Notes: generated by a model not told the origin, from the sequence alone. Positions 1 through 9,224 are shown, numbered from the stretch's first letter. The stretch: DNA of 32,000 nucleotides from an archaeon (GCA_028279805.1 JANQMZ010000007.1:480001-512000), one strand, 5' to 3'. Numbers and translations are program-made.

Positions 1-1
1 G

Positions 2-649
2 GAAAGAATTGTTCTTCCCGGAGATGAAAGTTTTTTTAATGTGCAGATTAAAAGTTTTAATGTTAAAAAAGATCAGGAAATTGAAGGTTTTGTTGAGGTT
101 AGAGGGCATTTTTTGAGCGGCACAAAATGTTCAATCGAGGATATTGGAACCCAAAATTTTAATGTTTTTGTGAAAAATGAGGATGAAGCTTTTGCAGAAG
201 AAATTGAGTTAGAGCAGGAAAAAATTGAAGAATGTAAGGGATTTGAATTAATAATTCCTGAAAATGTTGAAAATGTAAACGAAATTCCTTTTACTGTTAA
301 AAATATCACAAATGACAGAATTCAAGTAAGGCTTTCAGGAGCAAACCTGGGAATTGAAACAAAATATTTTTCAATTCCGGCTCAGACTACGGTTGAAAAA
401 AGTGTTAATGTAATGCCTTTTGAACAAAAAACATGGCTTGTTTTTAACAGCAATGTTAACGGTTGTTTTGTTAAATCAAAAAATGTTCAGATTTTTACAG
501 ATAATCCTTTTGAAAAACCTCAGACAGTGGCTGAACAGGCACCCGGTTTTCAGATAACTTCACAGCTTGGAAATGCCGTCGGATTAATAACACTGGGCGG
601 ATTTAATGCCTGGAATTCTATTGCTAATTTTTTGGGTTTTTCAGGTTAA
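2..649 (+). CDS. hypothetical protein, 5'-truncated by window edge (possibly secreted/surface protein)
   Basis: Frame is open from nt 2, with no stop before the GTG at 41 used by the ORF track. Stop TAA is at 647-649. No family motif recognised. The sequence is N/V/F/E-rich with a moderately hydrophobic C-terminus (AVGLITLGGF..ANFLGF). Confidence 0.5.
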   Translation, partial: ERIVLPGDESFFNVQIKSFNVKKDQEIEGFVEVRGHFLSGTKCSIEDIGTQNFNVFVKNEDEAFAEEIELEQEKIEECKGFELIIPENVENVNEIPFTVKNITNDRIQVRLSGANLGIETKYFSIPAQTTVEKSVNVMPFEQKTWLVFNSNVNGCFVKSKNVQIFTDNPFEKPQTVAEQAPGFQITSQLGNAVGLITLGGFNAWNSIANFLGFSG

Positions 650-687
650 AACGGCTTAGATAGCTTTTTAAACATTAATTTGGACTA

Positions 688-695
688 TTTATATT
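688..695 (+). promoter_or_regulatory. candidate TATA box (TTTATATT) for the uL3 operon
   Basis: Best TATA-like octamer in the 190-nt spacer upstream of uL3. It would place a TSS near 718 and give a leader of about 120 nt. No experimental support. Confidence 0.35.
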
Positions 696-725
696 GTGCA
701 AACTGCACAGCAGGAATTTTACAAC

Positions 726-747
726 TTTGCATCAGTCAAGATGCAAA
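726..747 (+). promoter_or_regulatory. perfect hairpin in the uL3 leader (8-bp stem TTTGCATC/GATGCAAA, 6-nt loop)
   Basis: Inverted repeat read directly from the sequence. Neighbouring small palindromes are GTGCA-AAC-TGCAC (696-708) and GCCA-ATT-TGGC (762-772). Confidence 0.45.
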
Positions 748-839
748 CCTGATGTGTAAATGCCAATTTGGCTACTTTTGCATGCTTTTCGGCTAGAGCC
801 ATCGCTGGATTTAAGCTGAAAAACAATGAGGAAAAAAAC

Positions 840-1865
840 ATGGGAAAAACACATAAGCCAAGAGCAGGTTCACTGGCTTTTCATCCGAGAAAAAAAGCCA
901 AAACACAAAAAGCTGTTTTCAAAAGCTTTAACTCAGATGAAAGTGGAGTCAAGCCTTTGAATTTTTATGGCTATAAGGCAGGAATGCTTCACGTGTTCGG
1001 AACAAATCAAAGCAAAAACAGTTTAAGTGCAGGGCAGGAAATTATAATGCCTGTAACTGTTATTGAAACCCCTGCGTTAAAAGTTTTTGGAATAAAATAT
1101 TATAAAAAAACTCCGCGTGGCTTCAAAGTTTTGGCTGAAAAGAAAACGGAAAAACTTGGAAAAGAAATTAAAAAAATTTTAACATTACCCAAAAAACCGA
1201 AAGAACAGGTAGCCAGGGAAAAAAATAAACCAAAAGATTCAAAAGCAAAAACTTTTGATGAAACAATTGCGGAATGGCTTGAAAGAAAAAGAATTGATGC
1301 TGTAAGATTATTATGTGCCACCCAGCCAAAGTTAACAGGCATTGGCAAAAAAAAACCTGAAATTGTTGAGGTAAGATTGTCAGGAAAACCGGAAGAACAG
1401 GTAAAATTCGGGGAAGAAAAACTTGGAAAGGAAATAATCATAGAAGATGTTTTTGAAGAAAAAACTTTTCTTGATGTTAAAGCGGTTACAAAAGGAAAAG
1501 GTTTTGGGGGTCCTGTTAAAAGATTCGGAATTAAAATTCAGGGAAGAAAAGCAAAAAAACACAGAATTGTCGGTTCAATCGGGCCATGGCACCCTGCAAC
1601 TGTTCCATGGACAACCGCAAGAGCAGGACAAACGGGTTATCATACAAGAACAGAATACAATAAAAAAATGTTAAAAATTGTACAACCGGATGAAATAAAT
1701 CCAAAAAGCGGTTTTACAAATTATGGTCTGATTAAAAATGCTGCAATTTTGGTTCAGGGTTCTGTCGCGGGGCCAGTTAAAAGAATTGTTGCCATGAGAA
1801 AAGGCTTGAGAAAAAAAGAGAAAGAAAAAATTGTGCTTGAAGAGGTGAAAATAGTTGCACAGTAA
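840..1865 (+). CDS. rpl3: 50S ribosomal protein uL3
   Basis: N-terminus MGKTHKPRAGSLAFHPRKKA and WHPATVPWTTARAGQTGYHTRTEYNK are typical of archaeal L3. ATG 840 is preceded by GAGG (828-831). The in-frame TTG 768 of the ORF track adds a non-conserved extension. Confidence 0.93.
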   Translation: MGKTHKPRAGSLAFHPRKKAKTQKAVFKSFNSDESGVKPLNFYGYKAGMLHVFGTNQSKNSLSAGQEIIMPVTVIETPALKVFGIKYYKKTPRGFKVLAEKKTEKLGKEIKKILTLPKKPKEQVAREKNKPKDSKAKTFDETIAEWLERKRIDAVRLLCATQPKLTGIGKKKPEIVEVRLSGKPEEQVKFGEEKLGKEIIIEDVFEEKTFLDVKAVTKGKGFGGPVKRFGIKIQGRKAKKHRIVGSIGPWHPATVPWTTARAGQTGYHTRTEYNKKMLKIVQPDEINPKSGFTNYGLIKNAAILVQGSVAGPVKRIVAMRKGLRKKEKEKIVLEEVKIVAQ

Positions 1866-2670
1866 AAAAGAGGGAAATGTTTTAACTCTTTCAGGAAAAA
1901 GTTCAGGCAAAATAAAGCTGCCTGGCATATTTTTCACAGAATATGACCCTGAACTGATTAAAAGAGCGGTTTTAGCTATAGAATCCGCAGGATTTCAGCC
2001 TCAAGGCGTTAAACCAAAAGCCGGAATGAATACATCTGCTGAAACAAGAATGAACCGTGACTTGCCTCAGATGCAGAGAACAATCAATGTAGGGCATGCA
2101 AGGCTGCCAAGAAAAAAAAACAGAAGAGGTTTATTGGCGGGAGTTGTTGCAAGAGTTCCCCAGGCAGTTGGGGGAAGGGCGGCTCATCCTCCAAAAAAGG
2201 AAAAAAAACTCGAGGAAAAAATAAACAAAAAAGAAAAAAGAAAAGCATTGCATAGTGCAATTGCTTCAAGTTTGAATGAAACACTGGTGAGAGACAGGCA
2301 TTCGTTCGGGGAAAAAGTTGTATTGCCTTTAATTGTTGAAGACAAGTTTGAAAAAATTACAAAAACAAAAAATGTTGTAAAAACTCTGAAAGATTTGAAT
2401 GTTTACCGGGATGTTGAAACCGCAAAACAAAAAAGAAGAATAAGAGCGGGGAAAGGAAAAATGAGAGGAAGAAAGTATAAGAAAAAAAAATCTTTGCTGA
2501 TTGTCACATCAGAAAATTGTGATGTTTATAAGGCTGCAAGAAATCTTGAAGGAACTGATGTTTGTGCTGTTAAAAATTTAAACACAAAACTTTTTGCGCC
2601 GGGAACAAAAGCAGGAAGGCTGACTTTGTGGACTTCCGGGGCGGTAAAAAAACTGGGTGAAATTAAATGA
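1855..2670 (+). CDS. rpl4: 50S ribosomal protein uL4
   Basis: TTG start lies 5 nt after GAGGTGA (1843-1849). LPGIFF, AGMNTSAE and GGRAAHPPKKEK motifs are present. It follows uL3 as in all archaeal clusters. Confidence 0.9.
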   Translation: MHSKKEGNVLTLSGKSSGKIKLPGIFFTEYDPELIKRAVLAIESAGFQPQGVKPKAGMNTSAETRMNRDLPQMQRTINVGHARLPRKKNRRGLLAGVVARVPQAVGGRAAHPPKKEKKLEEKINKKEKRKALHSAIASSLNETLVRDRHSFGEKVVLPLIVEDKFEKITKTKNVVKTLKDLNVYRDVETAKQKRRIRAGKGKMRGRKYKKKKSLLIVTSENCDVYKAARNLEGTDVCAVKNLNTKLFAPGTKAGRLTLWTSGAVKKLGEIK

Positions 2671-2921
2671 GTCAGGTTTTGCTTTATCCGATGGTGACAG
2701 AAAAAGCTGTTAATATTATTGAAGAGGAAAACAAACTGGTTTTTGTTGTTGCAAAAAAAGCAGCAAAACATGAAATAAAAAAAGAAGTTGAATCTTTGTA
2801 TGAAGTAAAAGTTGACAAAGTCAACATTGTGAATGACATGAAGGGAAGAAAAAAAGCAATTGTTAAGATTAACAAAAAATTCAAAGCAAATGACATTGCA
2901 ATAAAACTTGGTGTGTTATAA
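2667..2921 (+). CDS. rpl23: 50S ribosomal protein uL23
   Basis: YPMVTEKA..KLVFVV..A.K.EIK..VE..Y.VKV..VN pattern. ATGA overlap with uL4. Conserved position. Confidence 0.93.
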   Translation: MSQVLLYPMVTEKAVNIIEEENKLVFVVAKKAAKHEIKKEVESLYEVKVDKVNIVNDMKGRKKAIVKINKKFKANDIAIKLGVL

Positions 2922-3631
2922 TGGGAAAAAGATTGAAACAACAGAGGCGTGGAAAAGGTTCTTTTACATTTAAGTCTCAGAGAAAAAATCCTGTTAAATC
3001 ACAGTATGTTCAAAGTAATGGGAAAACAGTGGAAGGAGAAGTTTTAAGCCTGGTTAAAGAAAGCGGAAGAAGCAATGTTTTAAGCTGTGTTTTGTTTGAA
3101 ACCGGGGAAAAAAAATACCATGTTGCACCTGAAGGATTATATGTTGGGGAGATTATTCATGTTGGACCGGATGCAAGTGTTAAAACAGGAAATGTTTTGC
3201 CTTTAAGCACTGTTCCGGAAGGTTGTCCTATTTTTAACATTGAATTAACACCCGGAGACGGAGGAAAACTGGTAAAAGGAACAGGATTGTATGCTTTAAT
3301 GGTTTCAAAGGACACTAAAAGGGCTTTTGTAAAAATGCCGTCAGGAAAAACCAAAACTTTTTCAGTTAATTCAAGAGCAACAGTTGGTTGTTCTGCAGGA
3401 GGAGAAAGAGAGGAAAAACCTTTTGTTAAAGCGGGAAACAAATGGCATAAAATGAAGGCTTTGGGAAGAAAGTATCAGAATACAAGAGGAGTTGCAATGA
3501 ATGCATTGTCACATCCGTTTGGCGGAGAACAGCATCATGCCGGAAAAAGTAAAAGTACAAAAAGAGATGCTCCACCGGGAAGAAAAGTGGGAGCGATTGC
3601 TTCAAGAAGAACCGGGAGGAAGAAAAAATAA
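2921..3631 (+). CDS. rpl2: 50S ribosomal protein uL2
   Basis: GKRLKQQRRGKGS, GLYALMVS and HPFGGEQHHAGKS motifs of archaeal L2. TAATG junction with uL23. Confidence 0.96.
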   Translation: MGKRLKQQRRGKGSFTFKSQRKNPVKSQYVQSNGKTVEGEVLSLVKESGRSNVLSCVLFETGEKKYHVAPEGLYVGEIIHVGPDASVKTGNVLPLSTVPEGCPIFNIELTPGDGGKLVKGTGLYALMVSKDTKRAFVKMPSGKTKTFSVNSRATVGCSAGGEREEKPFVKAGNKWHKMKALGRKYQNTRGVAMNALSHPFGGEQHHAGKSKSTKRDAPPGRKVGAIASRRTGRKKK

Positions 3632-4020
3632 TGGCCAGAAAAGAATTTACTTACCGGGGCAAGACTTTGCCTGAATTAAAACAAATGAGTTTGAAAGAAT
3701 TCGGGGAATTATGCGGGACGCGTGCCAAAAGAAGTTTGAACAGAGGCTTTAATCAGAAAATTTTAAAAAGAATTGAAGGATTGCAGGGAAAAGATAATCC
3801 AAAACCAATTAGAACGCATAAAAGAGATTTGATTGTTATTCCCCAGATGATTGGATTGACTTTCATGGTTTACAGGGGAAACGAATTTGTCAGAATTGAT
3901 GTTAAGCCAAAAATGCTTGGGCATTATATCGGAGAATTTGCATTGTCAAGAAAAAAATTAGCACATGGAAAAGCAGGAATTGGTGCTACAAAGTCAAGCA
4001 CTGCTATTACTGCAAAATAA
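3631..4020 (+). CDS. rps19: 30S ribosomal protein uS19
   Basis: FTYRGKTLPEL..., HYIGEFALSRK..HG.AGIGATKSS. Conserved position after uL2. Confidence 0.95.
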   Translation: MARKEFTYRGKTLPELKQMSLKEFGELCGTRAKRSLNRGFNQKILKRIEGLQGKDNPKPIRTHKRDLIVIPQMIGLTFMVYRGNEFVRIDVKPKMLGHYIGEFALSRKKLAHGKAGIGATKSSTAITAK

Positions 4021-4033
4021 ACGGTGATTGTGA

Positions 4034-4501
4034 ATGGTTAAAAAAAATTATCAGGCTGAAAATTATGATAATAAAAATTCAGCCAAAGCTATTCTTAAAA
4101 GCAAACCGGTTAGTTTAAAGTATTCAACCGAAATGGCTAACTATATTAAAAACAAGCCTGTTTCAAAAGCTCAAAAATTACTTGAAAATATTAAAGAGAA
4201 AAAAGATTTTCTTCCCTTAAAAAAATATGTTAAAAAAATTGGGCACAGAAAAGGAGCAAAAGCAAGAACCGGAAAATATCCGCAAAAAGTATGCGATGCT
4301 TTTTTGGAATTAATAAACAATGTTAAAGCAAATGCTTCAAACAAAGGACTGGATGAAAACAAATTGTTAATCACACACGTTTTCGCATCACAAGGTTATC
4401 AAAGAGTAAGTTATCAGTCACACGGAAAAATTGGCGGAAAAAGAAGAAAAAGCAAAAGTACTCATATTGAAATGATTGCATTGGAGGCTAAAAGTTTATG
4501 A
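4034..4501 (+). CDS. rpl22: 50S ribosomal protein uL22
   Basis: Archaeal L22 pattern (AKA...PVS.K...E....IK.K....A..LLE, GKYP.K, ITH..A..G). GGTGA lies upstream. Confidence 0.92.
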   Translation: MVKKNYQAENYDNKNSAKAILKSKPVSLKYSTEMANYIKNKPVSKAQKLLENIKEKKDFLPLKKYVKKIGHRKGAKARTGKYPQKVCDAFLELINNVKANASNKGLDENKLLITHVFASQGYQRVSYQSHGKIGGKRRKSKSTHIEMIALEAKSL

Positions 4502-5334
4502 TTGAAAAAACGTTTATAAGCCAGTCTCTCAGAAATATGCAGATAGAGGATTACCTGAAAAAACAGTTAAACCGGGCGGGTTTTTCAGGAATGGATTTGT
4601 ATAAAACGCCTCTGGTTACAAGAATTGTGCTAAAAGTCACCAAACCCGGTTTGGTTATAGGAAAAGGCGGAAAAAACATAAAAATTTTAACAGATGAAAT
4701 TTCTGAAAAATTCGGAATAAAAAATCCGCAGATTGAAATTCTTGAAATTGAAAACGCTGAACTGGATGCAAAAGCAAGTGTTGAAAACATTGTCAACATG
4801 CTTGAAAGAGGTTATTCATGGAGAGGTGTTGCATTCAGAACCGTTGACAATATAATGAAAGCCGGCGCACAAGGAGTTGAATTAATAGTAAGCGGTTCAC
4901 TCGGAGGAAAAGGAGGAAGAGCAAGAAAACAAAGAATTGCAAAAGGTTATATGAAAAAAGCAGGCGGGCAATCCGAACTGGTTGACTATGCTCAAAACAA
5001 TGCTTACCTGAAAGGAGGAGCAGTAGGAGTCAAATTAAAAATATTGAAACCCGGGATTTTTTTTCCGGATAAAATAAACATAAAAGAATATTTGGAAAAA
5101 GAAAAAAAAGAAGAAGATGAAAAAGCAGAAGAAAGTGAAGAAAAAACAAATGAAAAGGAAAAAAAACCGGAAGAACAAAAAGAAAAAGTAAAAAAAGAAA
5201 CACTTTCAGAAAAAAAAGAAAAGGAAAAAGATACAAAGAAAAAAACTGTTAAAAAAACCAAAAAAGCTGAGGAAAAAAAATCTGCAAAAAAAGAAACAAA
5301 AGAAAAATCTGATGAGAAAAAGGTGAAAAAATGA
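4498..5334 (+). CDS. rps3: 30S ribosomal protein uS3 with an approximately 80-aa K/E-rich C-terminal tail
   Basis: KH-domain core (VTKPGLVIGKGGKNIK) and GAQGVELIVSG..GG. From about nt 5085 the sequence is low-complexity KEKKEEDEKAEE... Confidence 0.95.
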   Translation: MIEKTFISQSLRNMQIEDYLKKQLNRAGFSGMDLYKTPLVTRIVLKVTKPGLVIGKGGKNIKILTDEISEKFGIKNPQIEILEIENAELDAKASVENIVNMLERGYSWRGVAFRTVDNIMKAGAQGVELIVSGSLGGKGGRARKQRIAKGYMKKAGGQSELVDYAQNNAYLKGGAVGVKLKILKPGIFFPDKINIKEYLEKEKKEEDEKAEESEEKTNEKEKKPEEQKEKVKKETLSEKKEKEKDTKKKTVKKTKKAEEKKSAKKETKEKSDEKKVKK

Positions 5335-5537
5335 AACTGTCAGAAATAAAATCTTTAAATGAAAAAGAATCTTTGGAAAAAGTAAAAGAACTGAGAACAG
5401 AACTGGCAAAAGAAAAAGCTTTACTTGCTTCCGGAACAAAAAGCGAAAAACCCGGAAGAATCAGAAACATTAAAAGAACAATTGCAAGAATTTTAACCAC
5501 AGTAAATGAAAATAAAACAAATGAGGGAAAAAAATGA
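5331..5537 (+). CDS. rpl29: 50S ribosomal protein uL29
   Basis: Short helical protein (LRTELAKEKALLASG...IRNIKRTIARILT). ATGA overlap. Conserved position. Confidence 0.92.
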   Translation: MKLSEIKSLNEKESLEKVKELRTELAKEKALLASGTKSEKPGRIRNIKRTIARILTTVNENKTNEGKK

Positions 5538-5827
5538 TTAAAAGAATTCAAATAAACCAGGAAAATCTGACAGCACACGAGGTCATAGGACAAAAAGTCA
5601 GAGTTAAAAGGAAGGGTTCAAAGGAAATAAAAGGAAAGCTTGTGAATGAAACAATGCATACTTTTTTACTGGAACAAAAAAATAATGAAAAAATTATTCC
5701 AAAAAAAGAAAGCGTTTTGATTTTCAGCATTAACGGAAAAAAAACAGTTATTGACGGAAAAAATTTTGTGGGAAAACCTGAAGACAGAATAAAACTGTTC
5801 TGGAGGAAACAACATGGAAAAAAATAG
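5534..5827 (+). CDS. rnp1: RNase P protein component 1 (Rpp29/Pop4)
   Basis: HEVIGQKVRV...GKLVNETMHTF...IPKKESVLIF..IDG..FVGKPEDRIK matches the Rpp29 Sm-like fold pattern. It occupies the canonical archaeal slot between uL29 and uS17. Confidence 0.88.
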   Translation: MIKRIQINQENLTAHEVIGQKVRVKRKGSKEIKGKLVNETMHTFLLEQKNNEKIIPKKESVLIFSINGKKTVIDGKNFVGKPEDRIKLFWRKQHGKK

Positions 5828-6089
5828 GCCTTTAAGTGTCAGAGGAGCTGTTTTTGAAGGTTTTGTGGTTTCAGCCAAAAACCCTAAAACGGTTAAAGTC
5901 AGAAGAACAATCACAACTTTTGTCGGAAAATTTGAAAGATACAAAAAAACCACATCCATAATCAAGGCACACAATCCTCCTGAAATAAATGCACAGGAAG
6001 GAGATTTTGTAAGAATAGGTGAAACACGAAAAATAAGCAAAACAAAAAATTTTGTTGTTATAAAAATTTTAAGGAAAGATAAAAAATGA
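5814..6089 (+). CDS. rps17: 30S ribosomal protein uS17
   Basis: G.V.S.K..KTV.V......KF.RY.K......AHNP......GD.V.IGE.R.ISKTK.F pattern. 14-nt overlap with rnp1. Confidence 0.93.
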   Translation: MEKNRPLSVRGAVFEGFVVSAKNPKTVKVRRTITTFVGKFERYKKTTSIIKAHNPPEINAQEGDFVRIGETRKISKTKNFVVIKILRKDKK

Positions 6090-6484
6090 AAGGAATAAAC
6101 GCAAAAGCGGCTTTAGGGCTTAACTTAAAAAGCAGAATGCTCTGCGCAGATAACAGCGGAGCAAAAGAAGTGCAGTTAATAAGTGTAAAAGGATTCAAAG
6201 GAAGAAAAAGATTAATTCCAAAAGCGGGAATTGCAAACATGATAACAATTGTTGTAAAAAAAGGCAAACCTGAAATCAGAAAAAAAGTTGAAAAGGCTGT
6301 AATTGTCAGAACAAAAAAAGCTTTCAAAAGACCAAACGGTTTAAGAGTAAAATTTGAAGATAATGCAGTTGTATTGGTTGATGAAAAAGGAAATCCAAAA
6401 GGTTCGGAAATAAAAGGAGTTATTGCAAAAGAAGCAGGTGAACGATGGCCAAAAATTGCCGGAATCGCATCACAAATAGTTTAA
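6086..6484 (+). CDS. rpl14: 50S ribosomal protein uL14
   Basis: LCADNSGAKEVQLISV, F.DNA.VLVD..G.PKG.EI.G.IA.E motifs. Confidence 0.96.
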   Translation: MKGINAKAALGLNLKSRMLCADNSGAKEVQLISVKGFKGRKRLIPKAGIANMITIVVKKGKPEIRKKVEKAVIVRTKKAFKRPNGLRVKFEDNAVVLVDEKGNPKGSEIKGVIAKEAGERWPKIAGIASQIV

Positions 6485-6495
6485 GGTGAAAAAAA

Positions 6496-6906
6496 ATGAA
6501 TATTCAGTCACAAAAACCAGGAAAGCAAAGAAAACATTTTTATCAAATGCCTTTGCATCAGACAAGCAAAATTTTAAGCGCACGCTTGGATAAAGGATTA
6601 AGAAAAGAACTTGGAAAAAAAACACTGCCTTTAAGAAAAGGAGATGATGTTCAGATAATGCGGGGAAAAAACAAAAAAAAGAAAGGAAAAATTTTAAGAA
6701 TTGACAGGAGCGGAATGACTGTATTTATTGAGGGCATAATCAGAAAAAAATCTGACGGAACCGAGATTCCTGTAGGAATCAGCTCATCAAATCTGCTTAT
6801 AATTGAAATCAATAGGGATGACCAAAAAAGAGTTAAAGGAAAAAAAATTGCAAAAGAAAAACCAAAAACAGAAAAAAAGAAAAAGGTGAAAAAAAGTGGC
6901 AAGTAA
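6496..6906 (+). CDS. rpl24: 50S ribosomal protein uL24 (KOW), with a K-rich C-terminal tail
   Basis: SARL..LRKELG.K.LPLRKGD.V.IMRG. AGGTGA SD lies 7 nt upstream. Tail is KGKKIAKEKPKTEKKKKVKKSGK. Confidence 0.93.
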   Translation: MNIQSQKPGKQRKHFYQMPLHQTSKILSARLDKGLRKELGKKTLPLRKGDDVQIMRGKNKKKKGKILRIDRSGMTVFIEGIIRKKSDGTEIPVGISSSNLLIIEINRDDQKRVKGKKIAKEKPKTEKKKKVKKSGK

Positions 6907-7603
6907 AGGGGGAAAAAAGCATGAAAAAAGGCTTGTTTCCAGCAAAATAAGGAAGCTTTCAAGAAAACATAAAAAATGGACAATTCGTTCAAAACCAGGG
7001 CCAAATACAAGAAAAAAATCTGTACCGCTTGGATTTGTTTTAAGAGATTTAATCGGAGTAACAAGCAATGCAAGAGAAACAAAGCTAATATTGACTGAAG
7101 GAAAAGTTGAATTAAACGGAAAAACAGAAAAAGACCACAGAATTCCTGTCGGATTGTTTGATTTGATTTATTTAAAAGATTTGGATGTTGAATACAGAAT
7201 GTTGTTTGACCAGAAAGGAAGATTGTATGCGGAGGAGTCAAAAAAACCTGAAAAAGACAAAACAAAACTGGTTAAAGTTGTAAACAAAAAAGTTACAAGA
7301 AAAGCAAAAATTATTTTAATAACAAATGACGGCAGAACAATTGAATCAAAAGATTCAAAAATAAAAGTCGGAACCACTTTAAAAATAAGCATACCTGAAC
7401 AAAAAATTTTAACTCACTTAAAACTGGAAAAAGGACAGAACGCGTTAATAATCGGCGGAAAACATTCAGGAGAAACATCAAAAATAAGTGAAATATCTGA
7501 AGGAACAATAAGAAGACCAAAACTTGTCAGTTTTGAAGGAAAAAATGGAAAATTCAAAACAGTTGTTGACAATGTTTTTGTTGTTGAAGGTGTTAAAAAA
7601 TGA
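6896..7603 (+). CDS. rps4e: 30S ribosomal protein eS4
   Basis: GTG start lies 7 nt after GGTGA (6884-6888). The N-terminus (M)ASKGGKKHEKRL...KW.IRSKPGP matches the eS4 N-terminus. Confidence 0.92.
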   Translation: MASKGGKKHEKRLVSSKIRKLSRKHKKWTIRSKPGPNTRKKSVPLGFVLRDLIGVTSNARETKLILTEGKVELNGKTEKDHRIPVGLFDLIYLKDLDVEYRMLFDQKGRLYAEESKKPEKDKTKLVKVVNKKVTRKAKIILITNDGRTIESKDSKIKVGTTLKISIPEQKILTHLKLEKGQNALIIGGKHSGETSKISEISEGTIRRPKLVSFEGKNGKFKTVVDNVFVVEGVKK

Positions 7604-8106
7604 ATCCGATGAAAGAAATCAGAATTGAAAAAGTTACAATAAATATCGGCACAACTGTTCCCAAAGATGAAATGGAAAAAGGAAAAGCTATTTTGAAAAA
7701 TATTACAAAAACAAAAAATGTTGAAACGGTTGCAAAAATAAAACAACCAAAATGGGATTTGAGGCTTGGAAAACCGATTGGAATAAAAACAACTTTAAGA
7801 GGAAAAAAAGCTGAAGAATTTTTAAAACAGGCTTTACAGGCAAAAGATAATATTTTGAAAAAGAAAAATTTTGATTATTTCGGAAACTTTGGGTTCGGAA
7901 TACATGAACACATTGATTTGGCGGAACAAAAATATGACCCCAATTTGGGCATTACCGGCTTTGATGTTCTGATTACAGTGGAAAGGCCTGGTTACCGGGT
8001 CAAAAAAAGAAAATTAAAAAAAGCAAAAATTGGCAAAAAACACGTTATAACACGTGAAGAAGCCATTGAATTTGTTGAAAAAAAATTTGAAGTGAAAATA
8101 GAATGA
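7600..8106 (+). CDS. rpl5: 50S ribosomal protein uL5
   Basis: [20 protein letters not shown] and YDPNLGI.GFDV motifs. Confidence 0.95.
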   Translation: MNPMKEIRIEKVTINIGTTVPKDEMEKGKAILKNITKTKNVETVAKIKQPKWDLRLGKPIGIKTTLRGKKAEEFLKQALQAKDNILKKKNFDYFGNFGFGIHEHIDLAEQKYDPNLGITGFDVLITVERPGYRVKKRKLKKAKIGKKHVITREEAIEFVEKKFEVKIE

Positions 8107-8258
8107 AAGGAAAACTGAAAGAAAAAAAAAGAGATTTAAAATGCAGAATCTGCAATTCTGAAAAAGGACTCATAAGAAAATACGGGTTAATGCTTTGCAG
8201 AAGATGTTTCAAGGAACAGGCAGAAAGGCTTGGTTTTAAAAAATACGGTTATCATTGA
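8103..8258 (+). CDS. rps14: 30S ribosomal protein uS14 (zinc-ribbon type, 51 aa); not in the supplied ORF track
   Basis: Own translation: [51 protein letters not shown]. CxxC...CxxC plus the R.F.E.A..LGF.K signature. ATGA overlap with uL5. Canonical slot between uL5 and uS8. Confidence 0.93.
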   Translation: MKGKLKEKKRDLKCRICNSEKGLIRKYGLMLCRRCFKEQAERLGFKKYGYH

Positions 8259-8270
8259 GGTGTAAAAAAA

Positions 8271-8663
8271 ATGAGCTTAGTTGACCCAATAGCAGATGCG
8301 ATGGTTTCCATCAAAAACAGTGATAAAGCTGCAAAAAAAGGATGCATATGCAAACCGGCTTCAAAATTGCTTGGAAGAATTCTTGAAGTAATGAAAAAAG
8401 AAGAATACATTAAAGATTACAAACTGGTTAAAGACGGAAGAAGCAATTTGTATGTAATAGAATTGTTCGGCAGAATAAATGACTGCAGGGCAATAAAGCC
8501 AAGGCATGCTGTTAAAAAAAATGATTTTGAAAAATTTGAAAAAAGATATTTGCCGGCAAAAGACATGGGAATGCTGATAGTTACAACACCTGAAGGAGTT
8601 TTTTCACACAAAGATGTTAAAAACAAAAGAATCGGAGGAAGGCTTCTGGCATATATTTATTAG
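8271..8663 (+). CDS. rps8: 30S ribosomal protein uS8
   Basis: DPIADAMVSIKN...LLGRILEVMKKEEYI...GGRLLAYIY. Confidence 0.95.
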   Translation: MSLVDPIADAMVSIKNSDKAAKKGCICKPASKLLGRILEVMKKEEYIKDYKLVKDGRSNLYVIELFGRINDCRAIKPRHAVKKNDFEKFEKRYLPAKDMGMLIVTTPEGVFSHKDVKNKRIGGRLLAYIY

Positions 8664-8673
8664 GTGAAAAAAA

Positions 8674-9222
8674 ATGAAAAGAGAAAGTATTACAATAGCA
8701 GTGGAAATTCCGGAAGAAATCAATGCAAAAGTTGAAAATAAAATTGTTGAAATAAGCAAAGGAGATAATGTTGTTGAAAGAAAATTCAGGTCAAAACTTT
8801 TAACACTTGAAAAAGAAAACAATTCGATTAAAATAACAGTTAAGCCGGGTAACAGAAAAACAAATGCGATTATGAAAACAGTTGCAGCACACATTAAAAA
8901 CATGATAACCGGAGTGGAAAAAGGATATGAATACAAGCTTGCCGTAAAATATTCCCATTTTCCGATGACAGTAAAAGTTGAGGGAAAAATTGTTGAGGTA
9001 AGCAATTTTATGGGTGGAAAAAAAACAAGAAAAATAAAAATAATAGGGGAAGCAACAAAAGTTGAAGTAAAAGGGCAGGATATAACGGTTAAAGGGCCAA
9101 ACAAGGAACATGTGGCTCAGACTGCTGCCAATTTAGAGCTTGGAACAGGATTAACAGATAAGGATCTGAGAATATTTCAGGACGGAATTTACCTCGTTCA
9201 AAAAGGAACAAAAAGTGATTAA
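8674..9222 (+). CDS. rpl6: 50S ribosomal protein uL6
   Basis: Two-domain L6 pattern (AHIKNMITGV.KGYEYKL..VYSHFP). AGGTGA SD. Confidence 0.94.
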   Translation: MKRESITIAVEIPEEINAKVENKIVEISKGDNVVERKFRSKLLTLEKENNSIKITVKPGNRKTNAIMKTVAAHIKNMITGVEKGYEYKLAVKYSHFPMTVKVEGKIVEVSNFMGGKKTRKIKIIGEATKVEVKGQDITVKGPNKEHVAQTAANLELGTGLTDKDLRIFQDGIYLVQKGTKSD

Positions 9223-9224
9223 AA

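Noticed and set aside
535-649. PGF-CTERM-like archaeosortase sorting signal at the C-terminus of the first ORF (APGFQITSQLGNAVGLITLGGFNAWNSIANFLGFSG).
   Set aside because: A PGF tripeptide is present, but the following segment is only moderately hydrophobic and is interrupted by polar residues. It also lacks the terminal basic cluster typical of PGF-CTERM. The resemblance may be coincidental.
748-819. Possible box C/D sRNA in the uL3 leader (TGATGT at 750-755 and CTGA at 816-819, about 65 nt apart).
   Set aside because: The C box is imperfect (TGATGT, with a pyrimidine in the R position). There are no internal D'/C' boxes and no terminal stem. The evidence is too weak to call.
768-839. In-frame TTG-initiated N-terminal extension of uL3 (MATFACFSARAIAGFKLKNNEEKN) from the ORF track.
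   Set aside because: The conserved uL3 N-terminus begins exactly at MGKTHKPRAGS (ATG 840) with GAGG upstream. The extension has no counterpart in uL3 and overlaps the palindrome-rich leader.
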